From: an uncultured Clostridia bacterium
GTDB lineage: Bacteria; Bacillota; Clostridia; Christensenellales; UBA1242
Length of the DNA stretch: 64,000 nucleotides
Direction: 5' to 3'
NCBI GenBank assembly: GCA_945919375.1
Contig: CAMEJD010000007.1
Location: 4,455 to 68,454 of the forward strand
In this document: piece after piece, positions 36,616 through 45,744 of the stretch
Layout of the letters: each line of letters opens with the position of its first letter
Position numbering within the stretch: position 1 is the first letter of the stretch
Position numbers and translations under genes: made by a program
Notes under the pieces: model-generated
What the model was told of the DNA's origin: nothing
The model's input: only the letters and a program-made list of their open reading frames with translations
Database searches by the model: none

Positions 36616-38019
36616 TTATTTTATTGTTAAATCCTTGCAAGAAGATATTATACCCAAAAATTCTTTTTTTGCTTCTTCTAAATTCAGATTAAATGTTGCA
36701 TTCATAGTTCCAATATATTGTTCCGATATATCAAATTCTGCCGTAAATAGATATGTACCATCTTCCAATTTTTGTATTACATAAAATATATTTTTGCCCT
36801 GAATTGTAGAAAATTCTTTTTGCTCAATAACATCGGCATATTTTTTTGTTTTATCTATAACAAACTTGAATACATTTTTTGAAAAATAATTTACTCTTAT
36901 AAAATTGTTCTCAAAAATTGCCGTAAACAAATTTACTTTATCTTTATTATCAATCATCAATTGCCATTTTTTATCAATATAAAAGTAAATTTTTGTCTTA
37001 TTTATCATGTAAAATTCTTTTCCTGCAAGTAAACTATTCTTGTATGTTTGCATAAAGTTTGCATTGGTATATGACTTTGATATCTTTTCGGCTTCATTTT
37101 GCAATGACTTGTCTTTTATATCTTTTTTTAGGCACTTACCGTACAAGATTAAACTTGCCAAAAACAAATCAAAATTTCGAGTTTGTGGAACATTGTTATC
37201 CTTTAATATTTGCGAATAATCTCCAACAAAATCTAATGTAACAATATTGGACTTATCAATTTCCAATATCATATCCATCATATCTTTTTTATAGTTTAGA
37301 TTAAAATTTTTTTGCATTGCCATATTTATGCAAACTTTTGCCAAAACATACTTTTTTGTTAAGAAAAAATACTTTGCATAATAATACTGCAAAACACCAA
37401 ATTCAGCATCATTTTTGGCGACCAAATATGCATTTTCTAGGCAAGTTTTTAATTCTTGGGCATATCCATATTTTGCAAATATAAACATTGCTCTTTCATA
37501 GTAAAGAAAATTCATTGGCGAACAATAAATTGCATGCTTAATGCATTCAATCGCCTTGTCAACATCTTCAAGTCCCAAACATACCGTTGAATAATTTAGG
37601 TATATAATACTTTCGCCACTTGATAAAAAATGTTCCTTAAATTCAGGATGAAACATGCAATAAACATAAAAGTCAAAAGTTGAATCAAATGATATAAAGT
37701 TTTGTGGCAAATCATAGTACCACAATGCTTTGTTGACATAAAAAAGCGCCATTTCATATTTTTTTTGACTAATCAAAAAATTTAACTTTTTGGTATAATA
37801 TTCGAAAAAAGAAATATCAGTTTTTACCAATATATCTCTGTATTTACCAAAAATTTGAATATCTTGTTCGCAATATTTTTTTAAAAGTTTGGCAACTTCA
37901 AGTTTTTCAAAAAATTCTTCTTCAGTTTTTGTTTCTTCATTTATGCATTCAGCCATGCTCGCAGAATCCTTTATAATATCACCACAAAAACCTTCTATTA
38001 TCTCGTGTATATCTTTCAT
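36616..38019 (-). CDS. hypothetical protein with a TPR-like helical-repeat middle region
   Basis: The 467-aa ORF has repeated A/Y/L-rich helical pairs ('YEMALFYVNKALWYY', 'VDKAIECIKHAIYCSP', 'YYERAMFIFAKYGY'). No catalytic motif is seen. Confidence 0.5.
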   Translation of the reverse strand: MKDIHEIIEGFCGDIIKDSASMAECINEETKTEEEFFEKLEVAKLLKKYCEQDIQIFGKYRDILVKTDISFFEYYTKKLNFLISQKKYEMALFYVNKALWYYDLPQNFISFDSTFDFYVYCMFHPEFKEHFLSSGESIIYLNYSTVCLGLEDVDKAIECIKHAIYCSPMNFLYYERAMFIFAKYGYAQELKTCLENAYLVAKNDAEFGVLQYYYAKYFFLTKKYVLAKVCINMAMQKNFNLNYKKDMMDMILEIDKSNIVTLDFVGDYSQILKDNNVPQTRNFDLFLASLILYGKCLKKDIKDKSLQNEAEKISKSYTNANFMQTYKNSLLAGKEFYMINKTKIYFYIDKKWQLMIDNKDKVNLFTAIFENNFIRVNYFSKNVFKFVIDKTKKYADVIEQKEFSTIQGKNIFYVIQKLEDGTYLFTAEFDISEQYIGTMNATFNLNLEEAKKEFLGIISSCKDLTIK

Positions 38020-38116
38020 AAGTTATATTTTAACATATTTATCAAAAGTTGTAAAACTTCACAATAAAAAAAATCTATCAGCATTTGCTAATAGATTTTT
38101 TACTTACATTTTTGGT

Positions 38117-41100
38117 TTATTTATAAGATTTAATCTTTTTCTTTGTTAAAATCATATAAACTACTGCACCTGCCAAGATAAGAACTGCAACACAACAAGC
38201 AACAATTGCGATTATTTCGCTTGTTTCAAGTCCACCATTTTCTTGTTCGTTTACTGTGAATGTTCTAACAACTTCTCTCTTGTTTCCATTCTTTTCTGCT
38301 GTGAATGTTACAGTGTAGTCACCAGCTGATGTGATTGTATATTCAAACTTGCCTTCTTCATCTTCAAAATTATTCTTTATTGTTGTTCCTGTTGTTGTGT
38401 TCTTTACAACAATTTTAATTTCACTTGTTGGAATAACTTCACCTTTTGAATCTGTTATATTTATTTTTGAAAGGTCGATTGAAAGTTTGTCATCAAGTTT
38501 TACTTTTGATGGAAGGATATCATCTTTCAAATCAATTGTTGGAGCAACCATATCACCAACTTTAATTGAGTAACTTACTGTTGTAGAATTTTTCTTTGCT
38601 GATTTGTCATATGCTGTGTATGTTACTGTGTATTCTTCATTGTATCTTAATGTTACATAAAGATTTCCAGCATCTTTTGAATCATCTTCAAGATGTTCAT
38701 TGTACTTTTTAAGTTCATTTGCCATATCACTTGCTTTGATTGTTCTTGAATATGATTTTGAAGATATTACTATCTTTGAATCTTCCATATCTATTCCAGA
38801 TAAATCGTTTGCACTGAATACTGGAATTAATACTTTTGAATCTTTTTCATAAGATGCATTTAAGTTCCAATCAACAAAGATTTCTGGTTTTGTTGTATCC
38901 TCTACAACGATTACAAATTGTTTTGTGTCAACAACTGTACTTACTCCACCAACTTTCTTATTCAAAACATATTCAAGAGTGTATGTTCCTGCTTTGCTTG
39001 GTTTGAATAATTCTTTATTACAGAAAGCTAGTCCTCCCTTTACATTAACATTATAGGAATATGTTGTTGTTGCATCATCCTTTGGAAGAGTTGGAATTGG
39101 GAGTTCAACACTTTCCCCAAGTTCAAGTTTTCCTTCATTGATTGCATCTGGAAGTTTGCTAAATTTTGGTTCTGTTTCAATTGTTCTTTCTGTTATTGTG
39201 GTATATTGATAAATATTGATAAGGTTATTGCCTGCATCAGTAATTTGATAAATTATTTCATACTTACCTGCAAGAATTGCATTCAATTTTGCATTTGAAA
39301 GTGTGTAAGTGTTGCCTGTACGCATAACAGCAGCATCAATTACATCCAATTCTTGACCACTTGTAAGTTCTTTTGCAAAAATGTTTACATTTACATAATC
39401 AACCAAATCATCATTTACAACCAAGGTTGGGAGTGTGATTTCGGTGTTTTGTTCGTATGATGTTTCCAACTTATCTATTGATGTGAAGGTTGGAGCTGCT
39501 GTATCCTTGTTATCTCTAATCAAGATTTCAACTTCATCAAATCCATACTTAAATCCATCGTATGAATCAATGTTGTCCGCTTTTACAATGTCACCATCTT
39601 GCTCTGCACCTAACATTGGAGCATCATTTTCTGCAACTGCTCTAATTTTTACACTATTTGCACTGGCAACTTTGTTTAATGGGAGTTTATACTTTCCGTC
39701 TTCATCGGCTTCAAGAACTGTCCATTCACCATTGTTGAACTTGTACATAACATATGTGTTCAAACTATCATCATTTTTTGCACTTGCAACTGGTTTTGTG
39801 AATGTTACTGTGTCGTCACTTGACATTGAATAACTGAAATTTGTTTTAAATTCAACTGTTGGTTTGTCATCTGCTGTAAATTTGAATGATGAATCAACTT
39901 TGAATGAGAATCTTGCTATAGTTTCATTTCCTTGGCTGTCAACTGCTTTGTAATACATTACATAACTGCCATCTTCAAGTGTTCCACCATCAATTTGATT
40001 TTCTCCAACAGCACCGTCAACATTAAATACAATATCTTTTGCAAAGATATCTTCAACATCTTTACCTTCTGTTGTATATATATCTTTCTCTGTTGATGAT
40101 GAATTGTCTTTTCTTATATATCTTGTAAGTTTAAGGTCACTTAAATTTGTATCACCTTTATCTTTTGCAAAAATGGCTTTCATTACAATATTTTTACCAT
40201 TTTCGTAATTTTGTTGAATTTTGTATGATACATCTTTGATGTTTTCTGTGTTTTCTTTATTATATGGGTCTGCAACAACAATTTCAGGAGCTTTTGTATC
40301 TTTTACCCCAGTGATAGTAAAGTCACCTGTTGTTTCCTTTCCAAGAGCATCTTTTACAACATACTTAAATGAATAAGTTGCATTCTTTGCATCATAGGTC
40401 TTTCCGTCTATTGAATATGACTTCTTTGCTGTAAACTTTCCATCTTTTATTGTTTGGTCTGTTACATCTTTTAAACCATCATTTGTTGTAAGTTTAACAG
40501 AAACTGTATAGTATACAGGTGTTTCAACACTGCCCATTTTCCCTACAACTGTTGGAAGTGTTAATTCTGTTCCAATTTCGGCACTTGTTGGTGCTGTTGT
40601 TGAATATGAGAAAGTAAGTTTGTAATCTTTTCCATATTCTTTGTTAAATACGGTATCTGCCAATACTTCAAATTCTTTTGTTACTGTGTTTAAGAATTCA
40701 CCGTTCTTTGTTCTTGCTGTATATTGAACGGTGTACTTTCCTAATTCCAATGTTCCATAATCAAGTTCACCAGTTTGGCTATTGAATTGTAAATCTCTGT
40801 GAGATGGTGATGATACTTTTATTTCTATATCGTTTTCCACTTTAACTGCATCATCATCAAATTCTACTTCTGCTGTTGGAATATAGATTTTGCCTGTGTA
40901 TGATTGATATACATATTTTGGTAAAATTCTTTGTGTGTTGTCTTTTAAAACAATTTCATTTTCACTAACTTGACCTTCAACAGTGTATACAGCTGAATAT
41001 GTTTTTGCATTTTCACCTAAACCTTCTGTGTAAGTGTATGTGATTAAATATTTACCAATTCTTTCAACCTTGAATGTGCCATCAGTAACTTCAACTTCTT

Positions 41101-41395
41101 CACCAATTGGACTTATTACTTTGATTTGTGAACCGGCAAGTGGGTTTTCTGTTGAACCTAAAACAAATTTTGCTGTTGGAATTGTGAATGTTGAACCAAT
41201 TATGGCTGTTGTTTTTGAACCATCAACTTTAAGCATTCTGTAATCTGATACTGGAAGTTGTTCAGCAAATACAAATGTGCCATTATTGCTTGTGTTTTTA
41301 TTATCAACTAAAGCAACTACTCCTGTGCCAACTACTGATGCTGTAGATGTTGCGAGTAATGCTAATGCGCATGCTTTTTTGATTGATTTTTTCAT
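38117..41395 (-). CDS. large surface protein: signal peptide, multiple Ig-like/DUF5011-like modules, C-terminal TM anchor
   Basis: The signal peptide is 'MKKSIKKACALALLATSTASVVG'. Recurrent module boundaries are 'DTKAPEIVV', 'DTAAPTFTS', 'DTTKPEIFV' and 'GDMVAPTIDL'. The C-terminal TM is 'IIAIVACCVAVLILAGAVVYMIL', followed by the basic tail KKKIKSYK. Confidence 0.75.
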   Translation of the reverse strand: MKKSIKKACALALLATSTASVVGTGVVALVDNKNTSNNGTFVFAEQLPVSDYRMLKVDGSKTTAIIGSTFTIPTAKFVLGSTENPLAGSQIKVISPIGEEVEVTDGTFKVERIGKYLITYTYTEGLGENAKTYSAVYTVEGQVSENEIVLKDNTQRILPKYVYQSYTGKIYIPTAEVEFDDDAVKVENDIEIKVSSPSHRDLQFNSQTGELDYGTLELGKYTVQYTARTKNGEFLNTVTKEFEVLADTVFNKEYGKDYKLTFSYSTTAPTSAEIGTELTLPTVVGKMGSVETPVYYTVSVKLTTNDGLKDVTDQTIKDGKFTAKKSYSIDGKTYDAKNATYSFKYVVKDALGKETTGDFTITGVKDTKAPEIVVADPYNKENTENIKDVSYKIQQNYENGKNIVMKAIFAKDKGDTNLSDLKLTRYIRKDNSSSTEKDIYTTEGKDVEDIFAKDIVFNVDGAVGENQIDGGTLEDGSYVMYYKAVDSQGNETIARFSFKVDSSFKFTADDKPTVEFKTNFSYSMSSDDTVTFTKPVASAKNDDSLNTYVMYKFNNGEWTVLEADEDGKYKLPLNKVASANSVKIRAVAENDAPMLGAEQDGDIVKADNIDSYDGFKYGFDEVEILIRDNKDTAAPTFTSIDKLETSYEQNTEITLPTLVVNDDLVDYVNVNIFAKELTSGQELDVIDAAVMRTGNTYTLSNAKLNAILAGKYEIIYQITDAGNNLINIYQYTTITERTIETEPKFSKLPDAINEGKLELGESVELPIPTLPKDDATTTYSYNVNVKGGLAFCNKELFKPSKAGTYTLEYVLNKKVGGVSTVVDTKQFVIVVEDTTKPEIFVDWNLNASYEKDSKVLIPVFSANDLSGIDMEDSKIVISSKSYSRTIKASDMANELKKYNEHLEDDSKDAGNLYVTLRYNEEYTVTYTAYDKSAKKNSTTVSYSIKVGDMVAPTIDLKDDILPSKVKLDDKLSIDLSKINITDSKGEVIPTSEIKIVVKNTTTGTTIKNNFEDEEGKFEYTITSAGDYTVTFTAEKNGNKREVVRTFTVNEQENGGLETSEIIAIVACCVAVLILAGAVVYMILTKKKIKSYK

Positions 41396-41427
41396 TATTA
41401 TGCTCCTATTCTAATATTAACAAATAG

Positions 41428-41456
41428 AGTGTATACTATAACAAATTTTTTGTCAA
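41428..41456 (-). promoter_or_regulatory. promoter candidate for the 1092-aa surface protein gene
   Basis: Read on the minus strand the element is TTGACA (41456-41451), a 17-nt spacer, then TACACT (41433-41428). Confidence 0.35.
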
Positions 41457-41615
41457 CGAATTAACAAAAAAATTTGATTAACTTTCACATTTTGTTCTAA
41501 AAAACTATATCCCATATTCCATTTGTCGGTATTATTGTTTGAAAATTTCAAAAAGATATCGTGTCTTATTTTGTCGAAACATTTGTTTGTTTGTAACAAT
41601 AACACATATATATAA

Positions 41616-41650
41616 TTAAAAAGAAGGAACTCAAAAATTTGAGTTCCTTC
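41616..41650 (-). terminator. intrinsic terminator after the Cys-rich peptide gene
   Basis: A perfect 10-bp stem pairs GAAGGAACTC (41623-41632) with GAGTTCCTTC (41641-41650). On the minus strand it is followed by TTTTTAA. Confidence 0.7.
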
Positions 41651-41663
41651 TTTTGTTTTTTCT

Positions 41664-41864
41664 TTAGTTCCCACAAGGAGTGTTGTTTGAACAACCGCAA
41701 CAAGAAAGTAATAATAGCAAGAATATAATATTCATACAATCACCACCGAACAATGTTGAGTTGTCGCAACCACAAATAGAAAGCAAGAACATAAGCCATA
41801 CCAAGTTGCAAATGCAGTTGTTCCCACCATGTGTCATATTGCCAATTCCACCAAAAATGTTCAT
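41664..41864 (-). CDS. 66-aa Cys/Gly-rich hydrophobic peptide with an internal two-fold motif repeat
   Basis: GGAGGG sits 7 nt before the ATG and a dedicated terminator follows. The two halves are 'GGNNCICNLVWLMFLLSICGCDNST' and 'GGDCMNIIFLLLLLSCCGCSNNT'. Confidence 0.65.
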   Translation of the reverse strand: MNIFGGIGNMTHGGNNCICNLVWLMFLLSICGCDNSTLFGGDCMNIIFLLLLLSCCGCSNNTPCGN

Positions 41865-41971
41865 CTATGTACCCTCCAAAAGAATTATATCTTATATGTA
41901 AATTATTTTATCTTTTGTGCTCTGTGATTTTTTCTTTTGTCATATCATAATATGAGCATTATTGAATTTTG

Positions 41972-43045
41972 TTACATCGTTTGCATTTTTTCAAGTATTG
42001 CAATTTTAAGGGCATCAATGCCAAGATTGTTTTTGGCTGAAATATATATGCCATCAGTTTGGTCTTTTGTTTCAAGTTTGTCGCATTTGTTATAAACTTT
42101 AATTATTGGGCTTGTTATTTTTAGGTCACTCAAAACTTTGTTTACAACCTCAACTTGTTCTTTGTAATATGGGTTGCTTGCATCAATTACATGCAAAATT
42201 AAATCCGCGTCCTTTGCTTCTTCCAATGTTGCTGAAAAAGCATCAACCAGTGCATGTGGCAACTTTGAGATAAATCCAACTGTGTCGGTAAGCACAAACT
42301 TATTACCTTCATTAAGCCAAACTGTTCTGCTAGTTGTGTCCAATGTTGCAAACAATTTGTCATCGGCATAAATTGACGACTTTGTAATAAGGTTCAAAAG
42401 TGTGCTTTTGCCGGCATTTGTATAACCAACAATCGCAACCTTGTATATTTGGTTTTGCTGCCTTGCCTTTCGTTGGACTTGCCTATTTTGTTTTACTCTT
42501 TCAATTTCTTTTTCTAATCTTAGGATATTGTTTTGAGCAATTCTTTTGTCAAGTTCAAGTTTTGTTTCTCCGGGGCCACGCATTCCAACGCCACTTCCGC
42601 CAAATCTTCCACTTGTGCCTGAAATCCCCGAAAGTCTTGGCAAATTATATTTTAGTTGTGCAAGTTCAACTTGTAACTTTCCTTCTTTACTTTGTGCTCT
42701 TTGTGCAAATATATCCAAAATAAGGGTTATTCTGTCAATAACCTTAACTCCCCAAATATCTGACAAATTTCGCACTTGCGAACCCGAGAGTTCATAATCA
42801 AAAACAACCACATTAACATTGTTTTTGTCGAGTTCAGTTTTAATTTCTTCAATTTTTCCACTACCAATGAGCGTTGCCGGAGTAACTTTTCTTACCATTT
42901 GAAAATCTTGACCAACAACATTAAGTCCAGCAGTTTCACACAAATTTTTTAACTCTTTTAATGAAAGTTCAATGTTATCTTTGTTTGAAAAAGTGACGCC
43001 AACCAAATATGCATTTTCAGTTATTTTTTTTGTTTCTGTGAGCAT
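41972..43045 (-). CDS. hflX: GTPase HflX
   Basis: The G1 motif is 'GYTNAGKSTLLN', G3 is 'DTVGFI' and G4 is 'NKCD'. The N-terminal HflX domain contains 'ELSGSQVRNLSDIWGVKVIDRITLILDIF'. Confidence 0.9.
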   Translation of the reverse strand: MLTETKKITENAYLVGVTFSNKDNIELSLKELKNLCETAGLNVVGQDFQMVRKVTPATLIGSGKIEEIKTELDKNNVNVVVFDYELSGSQVRNLSDIWGVKVIDRITLILDIFAQRAQSKEGKLQVELAQLKYNLPRLSGISGTSGRFGGSGVGMRGPGETKLELDKRIAQNNILRLEKEIERVKQNRQVQRKARQQNQIYKVAIVGYTNAGKSTLLNLITKSSIYADDKLFATLDTTSRTVWLNEGNKFVLTDTVGFISKLPHALVDAFSATLEEAKDADLILHVIDASNPYYKEQVEVVNKVLSDLKITSPIIKVYNKCDKLETKDQTDGIYISAKNNLGIDALKIAILEKMQTM

Positions 43046-43104
43046 AAAATCACCACCTCCACTTTTGTATATTATATCACATAAAAGTGGCTGTTACAAA
43101 TATT

Positions 43105-43779
43105 TTATGTTTTTAGTATTAAATCTAGTGTGTTAGTATCAAACAATGCATATTTTTGTTCAAAATCTGTTGCCAATATTTTTAATTTCCAAAAATACAC
43201 AATTTTTGCTTCGTAACCTTTGGCAATTGTCAAATAACATTCAAATTTTTTATTATTATTTAATATTTTTAAAAAATAATTATTATATTCGTCAATACAC
43301 CTTTTTTGTGCGTCTTTGTATGAAAACTTAAATAAATTTGTAATGCAATTTAATTTATAAAAATTGTTATCTAAATTTTCAATATTTACTTCAAAAAAAT
43401 CATCACTTTTATTATTTATTTTTATATCTTCCACAAAACTATTTTTGAATGGATTTTTCCTTAATTTATACCTATTTGTTTTGTTATTTATCTTTATGTT
43501 TACAAATAAAAAATTTGTATTAGTTTCTTTGTTAATCATTTCAACTTCAAGTAAAGAATAGCCAACGTTTTTTGTTGGGTTTCCATCATCATTAAACGGT
43601 TCTTCCCTTTCGCCAAAAGATAATTCAATTTTGATATAATTGTTATCAAAAGAATAAAGTGAATATTGAATTTGAGAAAAAACTTGGTTTTTATCTATTT
43701 TTGTTATAGGAAAATTTTTTATAAAATATGTGAGTGCAAAAATAAAAAATAAAAGGACTATTACAAATATTTTTTTCAT
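43105..43779 (-). CDS. secreted/anchored hypothetical protein
   Basis: The N-terminal TM/signal is 'MKKIFVIVLLFFIFALTYF'. The rest is N/K-rich with no motif I recognise. Confidence 0.5.
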   Translation of the reverse strand: MKKIFVIVLLFFIFALTYFIKNFPITKIDKNQVFSQIQYSLYSFDNNYIKIELSFGEREEPFNDDGNPTKNVGYSLLEVEMINKETNTNFLFVNIKINNKTNRYKLRKNPFKNSFVEDIKINNKSDDFFEVNIENLDNNFYKLNCITNLFKFSYKDAQKRCIDEYNNYFLKILNNNKKFECYLTIAKGYEAKIVYFWKLKILATDFEQKYALFDTNTLDLILKT

Positions 43780-43850
43780 ATATAATATATATTCAAAAAT
43801 ATTAGTTTATAGCATAAAAAATTCTAACCTGTTTGGTTAGAATTTTTTGT

Positions 43851-45674
43851 TTATCTTTCATTTTCAAAAGTGTTTGGTTTTTTTAATTTGTCAATATCTT
43901 TCATACTTACTTTTAACACATTGTTAATAAATGGAGTCAAACTTGTTGCATTGTAATTGTCGGCAAGGAATTTATTTACAAGTGTTGATATTGTTTCACC
44001 ATTTGTTACCTTTATGGATTGTTTATCTTTGAAAATATCAAAAATTATTGATTCTCTTAATGTGAGTAATGAATTTGCAAATTTGCTGGCTTGCAACTCG
44101 TCATCATCATCCTTTTGAGCAATCAATCTATTAAGGTCATCCACAAGTTGACTTGCGTCAAAATGTTTATTGTTTTCATAGTAGGCAAGTATATCCTCAA
44201 CAAACAAGTGTCTGCGTTGCATTTTTGCATAAACTTTTCCGGTTTTGTTTGCATAACCGCTCATAATAACAACTGATTTTGCCATATAATTTTTAAATGC
44301 TTTTACACTAACTGTATCAATATATCTTCTTGCATCCTTTTGTGTTAATTCAACTTCTTTTGTTGCCGGTTCAACCGATTCTTCTTTTTTTTGTTGCGAT
44401 TTGTCTTCACCGAAAACCATTGTATAACTTGTTGGAATTTTGTAATCAACAAATGGTGGGATATCATGATTTATTGTAAAGTATTGATAATCTTTTTCAC
44501 TTTCTTTTTGTGCAATAGCAGTATCTGCTAATTTATTATTTTTTGTTTGCTTTTGTGGATTAGCATTAACTTCATCTTGTTTTGATTTAGCTTTTTCTTC
44601 TTCAACTGTGCCTGCTTCTTTTTCTTGAAGTTTTAATTTGCTTCCAAGCAATGCTTCTTCATAATTTGTAGGTTCGTTTGAATAAGCAAAACCACATTTT
44701 TTTGCATTGTCAACAACTTCATCTAAAGAAATTCCCATTTTCCCCAAGTTGTATATTGCAGTTCTCATTCCAAGTCCTGCCAATTGTTTCAATTTGTCTG
44801 AACCCGGTTCAAGTGTGCACAACACATTTGATAATTGCAATTTTAATGCATTTTCTATGTCGTTATTATTTTTTACATCGCCATAGTTTATTGCTCTTGA
44901 CATAAGTATATCTGCATATAGTGTTGCAACAAGCATTTCTTTTGAAGTTAATTCAACTTTGTCGTTTTTTGCAAAATATTTTACTGTTGCATTCATAATC
45001 TTGTCTAAAATTTCAGTAACTCTTTCTTGTTGTGAAACGCCATATTTTGATTTTGAAATTGAATTCAAATATTTTGTTATCTTGATTTTGCCTTTATATC
45101 TTATTGGTGCAACCGTTTGTTCCTTATGTAAGAACTTTCTGCACATATTCAAAACACGATGAGCTTTGTCTTTTAGCATGCCAACAAGCTTTGAGCCATT
45201 CTTATAAATGATATGCTTTTTGGCATAATCAAGTTCTTTGATTTTTATTTTGTATGAATTTGAAATATTTTCAATCAAACTATTGTATGTTGAAAAAGTT
45301 GTATTACCTGCAAATAAACTTTTCTTTTTTGAAGCGTATGTATCAATGAAAGGCAACCTTAGTCCTTGATTAAATGAATTTGGTGCTTTTAGGGCATAAC
45401 AAGAATATTTTTTATTCCCACCATCTTCATTAAGTGCCACCATATCTTCATTTATCTTGGTGTTTAATGACCAAGTGTTGTTCCAATCGTCAAATGATTT
45501 CACACCAGAGTTGGCAACAAATGCAATATTTGAAGATTGCATTCTTGTGATAATATCTCTATAGTTGCTATTTCTTTTTGCAAGCAAGAATATTGCGTCC
45601 TCACCCGTCCTTTCATATTCTTCAACATCTTTAAGCATTTCTTTTGTCAATCTTGATTTGTCAACATTTAACAT
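43851..45674 (-). CDS. hypothetical ~607-aa cytoplasmic protein
   Basis: This is a long ORF. I set the start at ATG 45674 (MLNVDKSRL), 7 nt after AGAGGTG. There is no TM segment, no P-loop and no motif I recognise. A central E/K/Q-rich linker is present. Confidence 0.6.
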   Translation of the reverse strand: MLNVDKSRLTKEMLKDVEEYERTGEDAIFLLAKRNSNYRDIITRMQSSNIAFVANSGVKSFDDWNNTWSLNTKINEDMVALNEDGGNKKYSCYALKAPNSFNQGLRLPFIDTYASKKKSLFAGNTTFSTYNSLIENISNSYKIKIKELDYAKKHIIYKNGSKLVGMLKDKAHRVLNMCRKFLHKEQTVAPIRYKGKIKITKYLNSISKSKYGVSQQERVTEILDKIMNATVKYFAKNDKVELTSKEMLVATLYADILMSRAINYGDVKNNNDIENALKLQLSNVLCTLEPGSDKLKQLAGLGMRTAIYNLGKMGISLDEVVDNAKKCGFAYSNEPTNYEEALLGSKLKLQEKEAGTVEEEKAKSKQDEVNANPQKQTKNNKLADTAIAQKESEKDYQYFTINHDIPPFVDYKIPTSYTMVFGEDKSQQKKEESVEPATKEVELTQKDARRYIDTVSVKAFKNYMAKSVVIMSGYANKTGKVYAKMQRRHLFVEDILAYYENNKHFDASQLVDDLNRLIAQKDDDDELQASKFANSLLTLRESIIFDIFKDKQSIKVTNGETISTLVNKFLADNYNATSLTPFINNVLKVSMKDIDKLKKPNTFENER

Positions 45675-45744
45675 AACACTCACCTCTTGTCTTAATATTT
45701 TACAATGTATTTTAACATATTATACAAATAATTTCAATACCCTT

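Noticed and set aside
41453-41674. 73-aa minus-strand ORF
   Set aside because: It spans the terminator hairpin of the Cys-rich peptide gene and the promoter region of the surface-protein gene. It has no SD.
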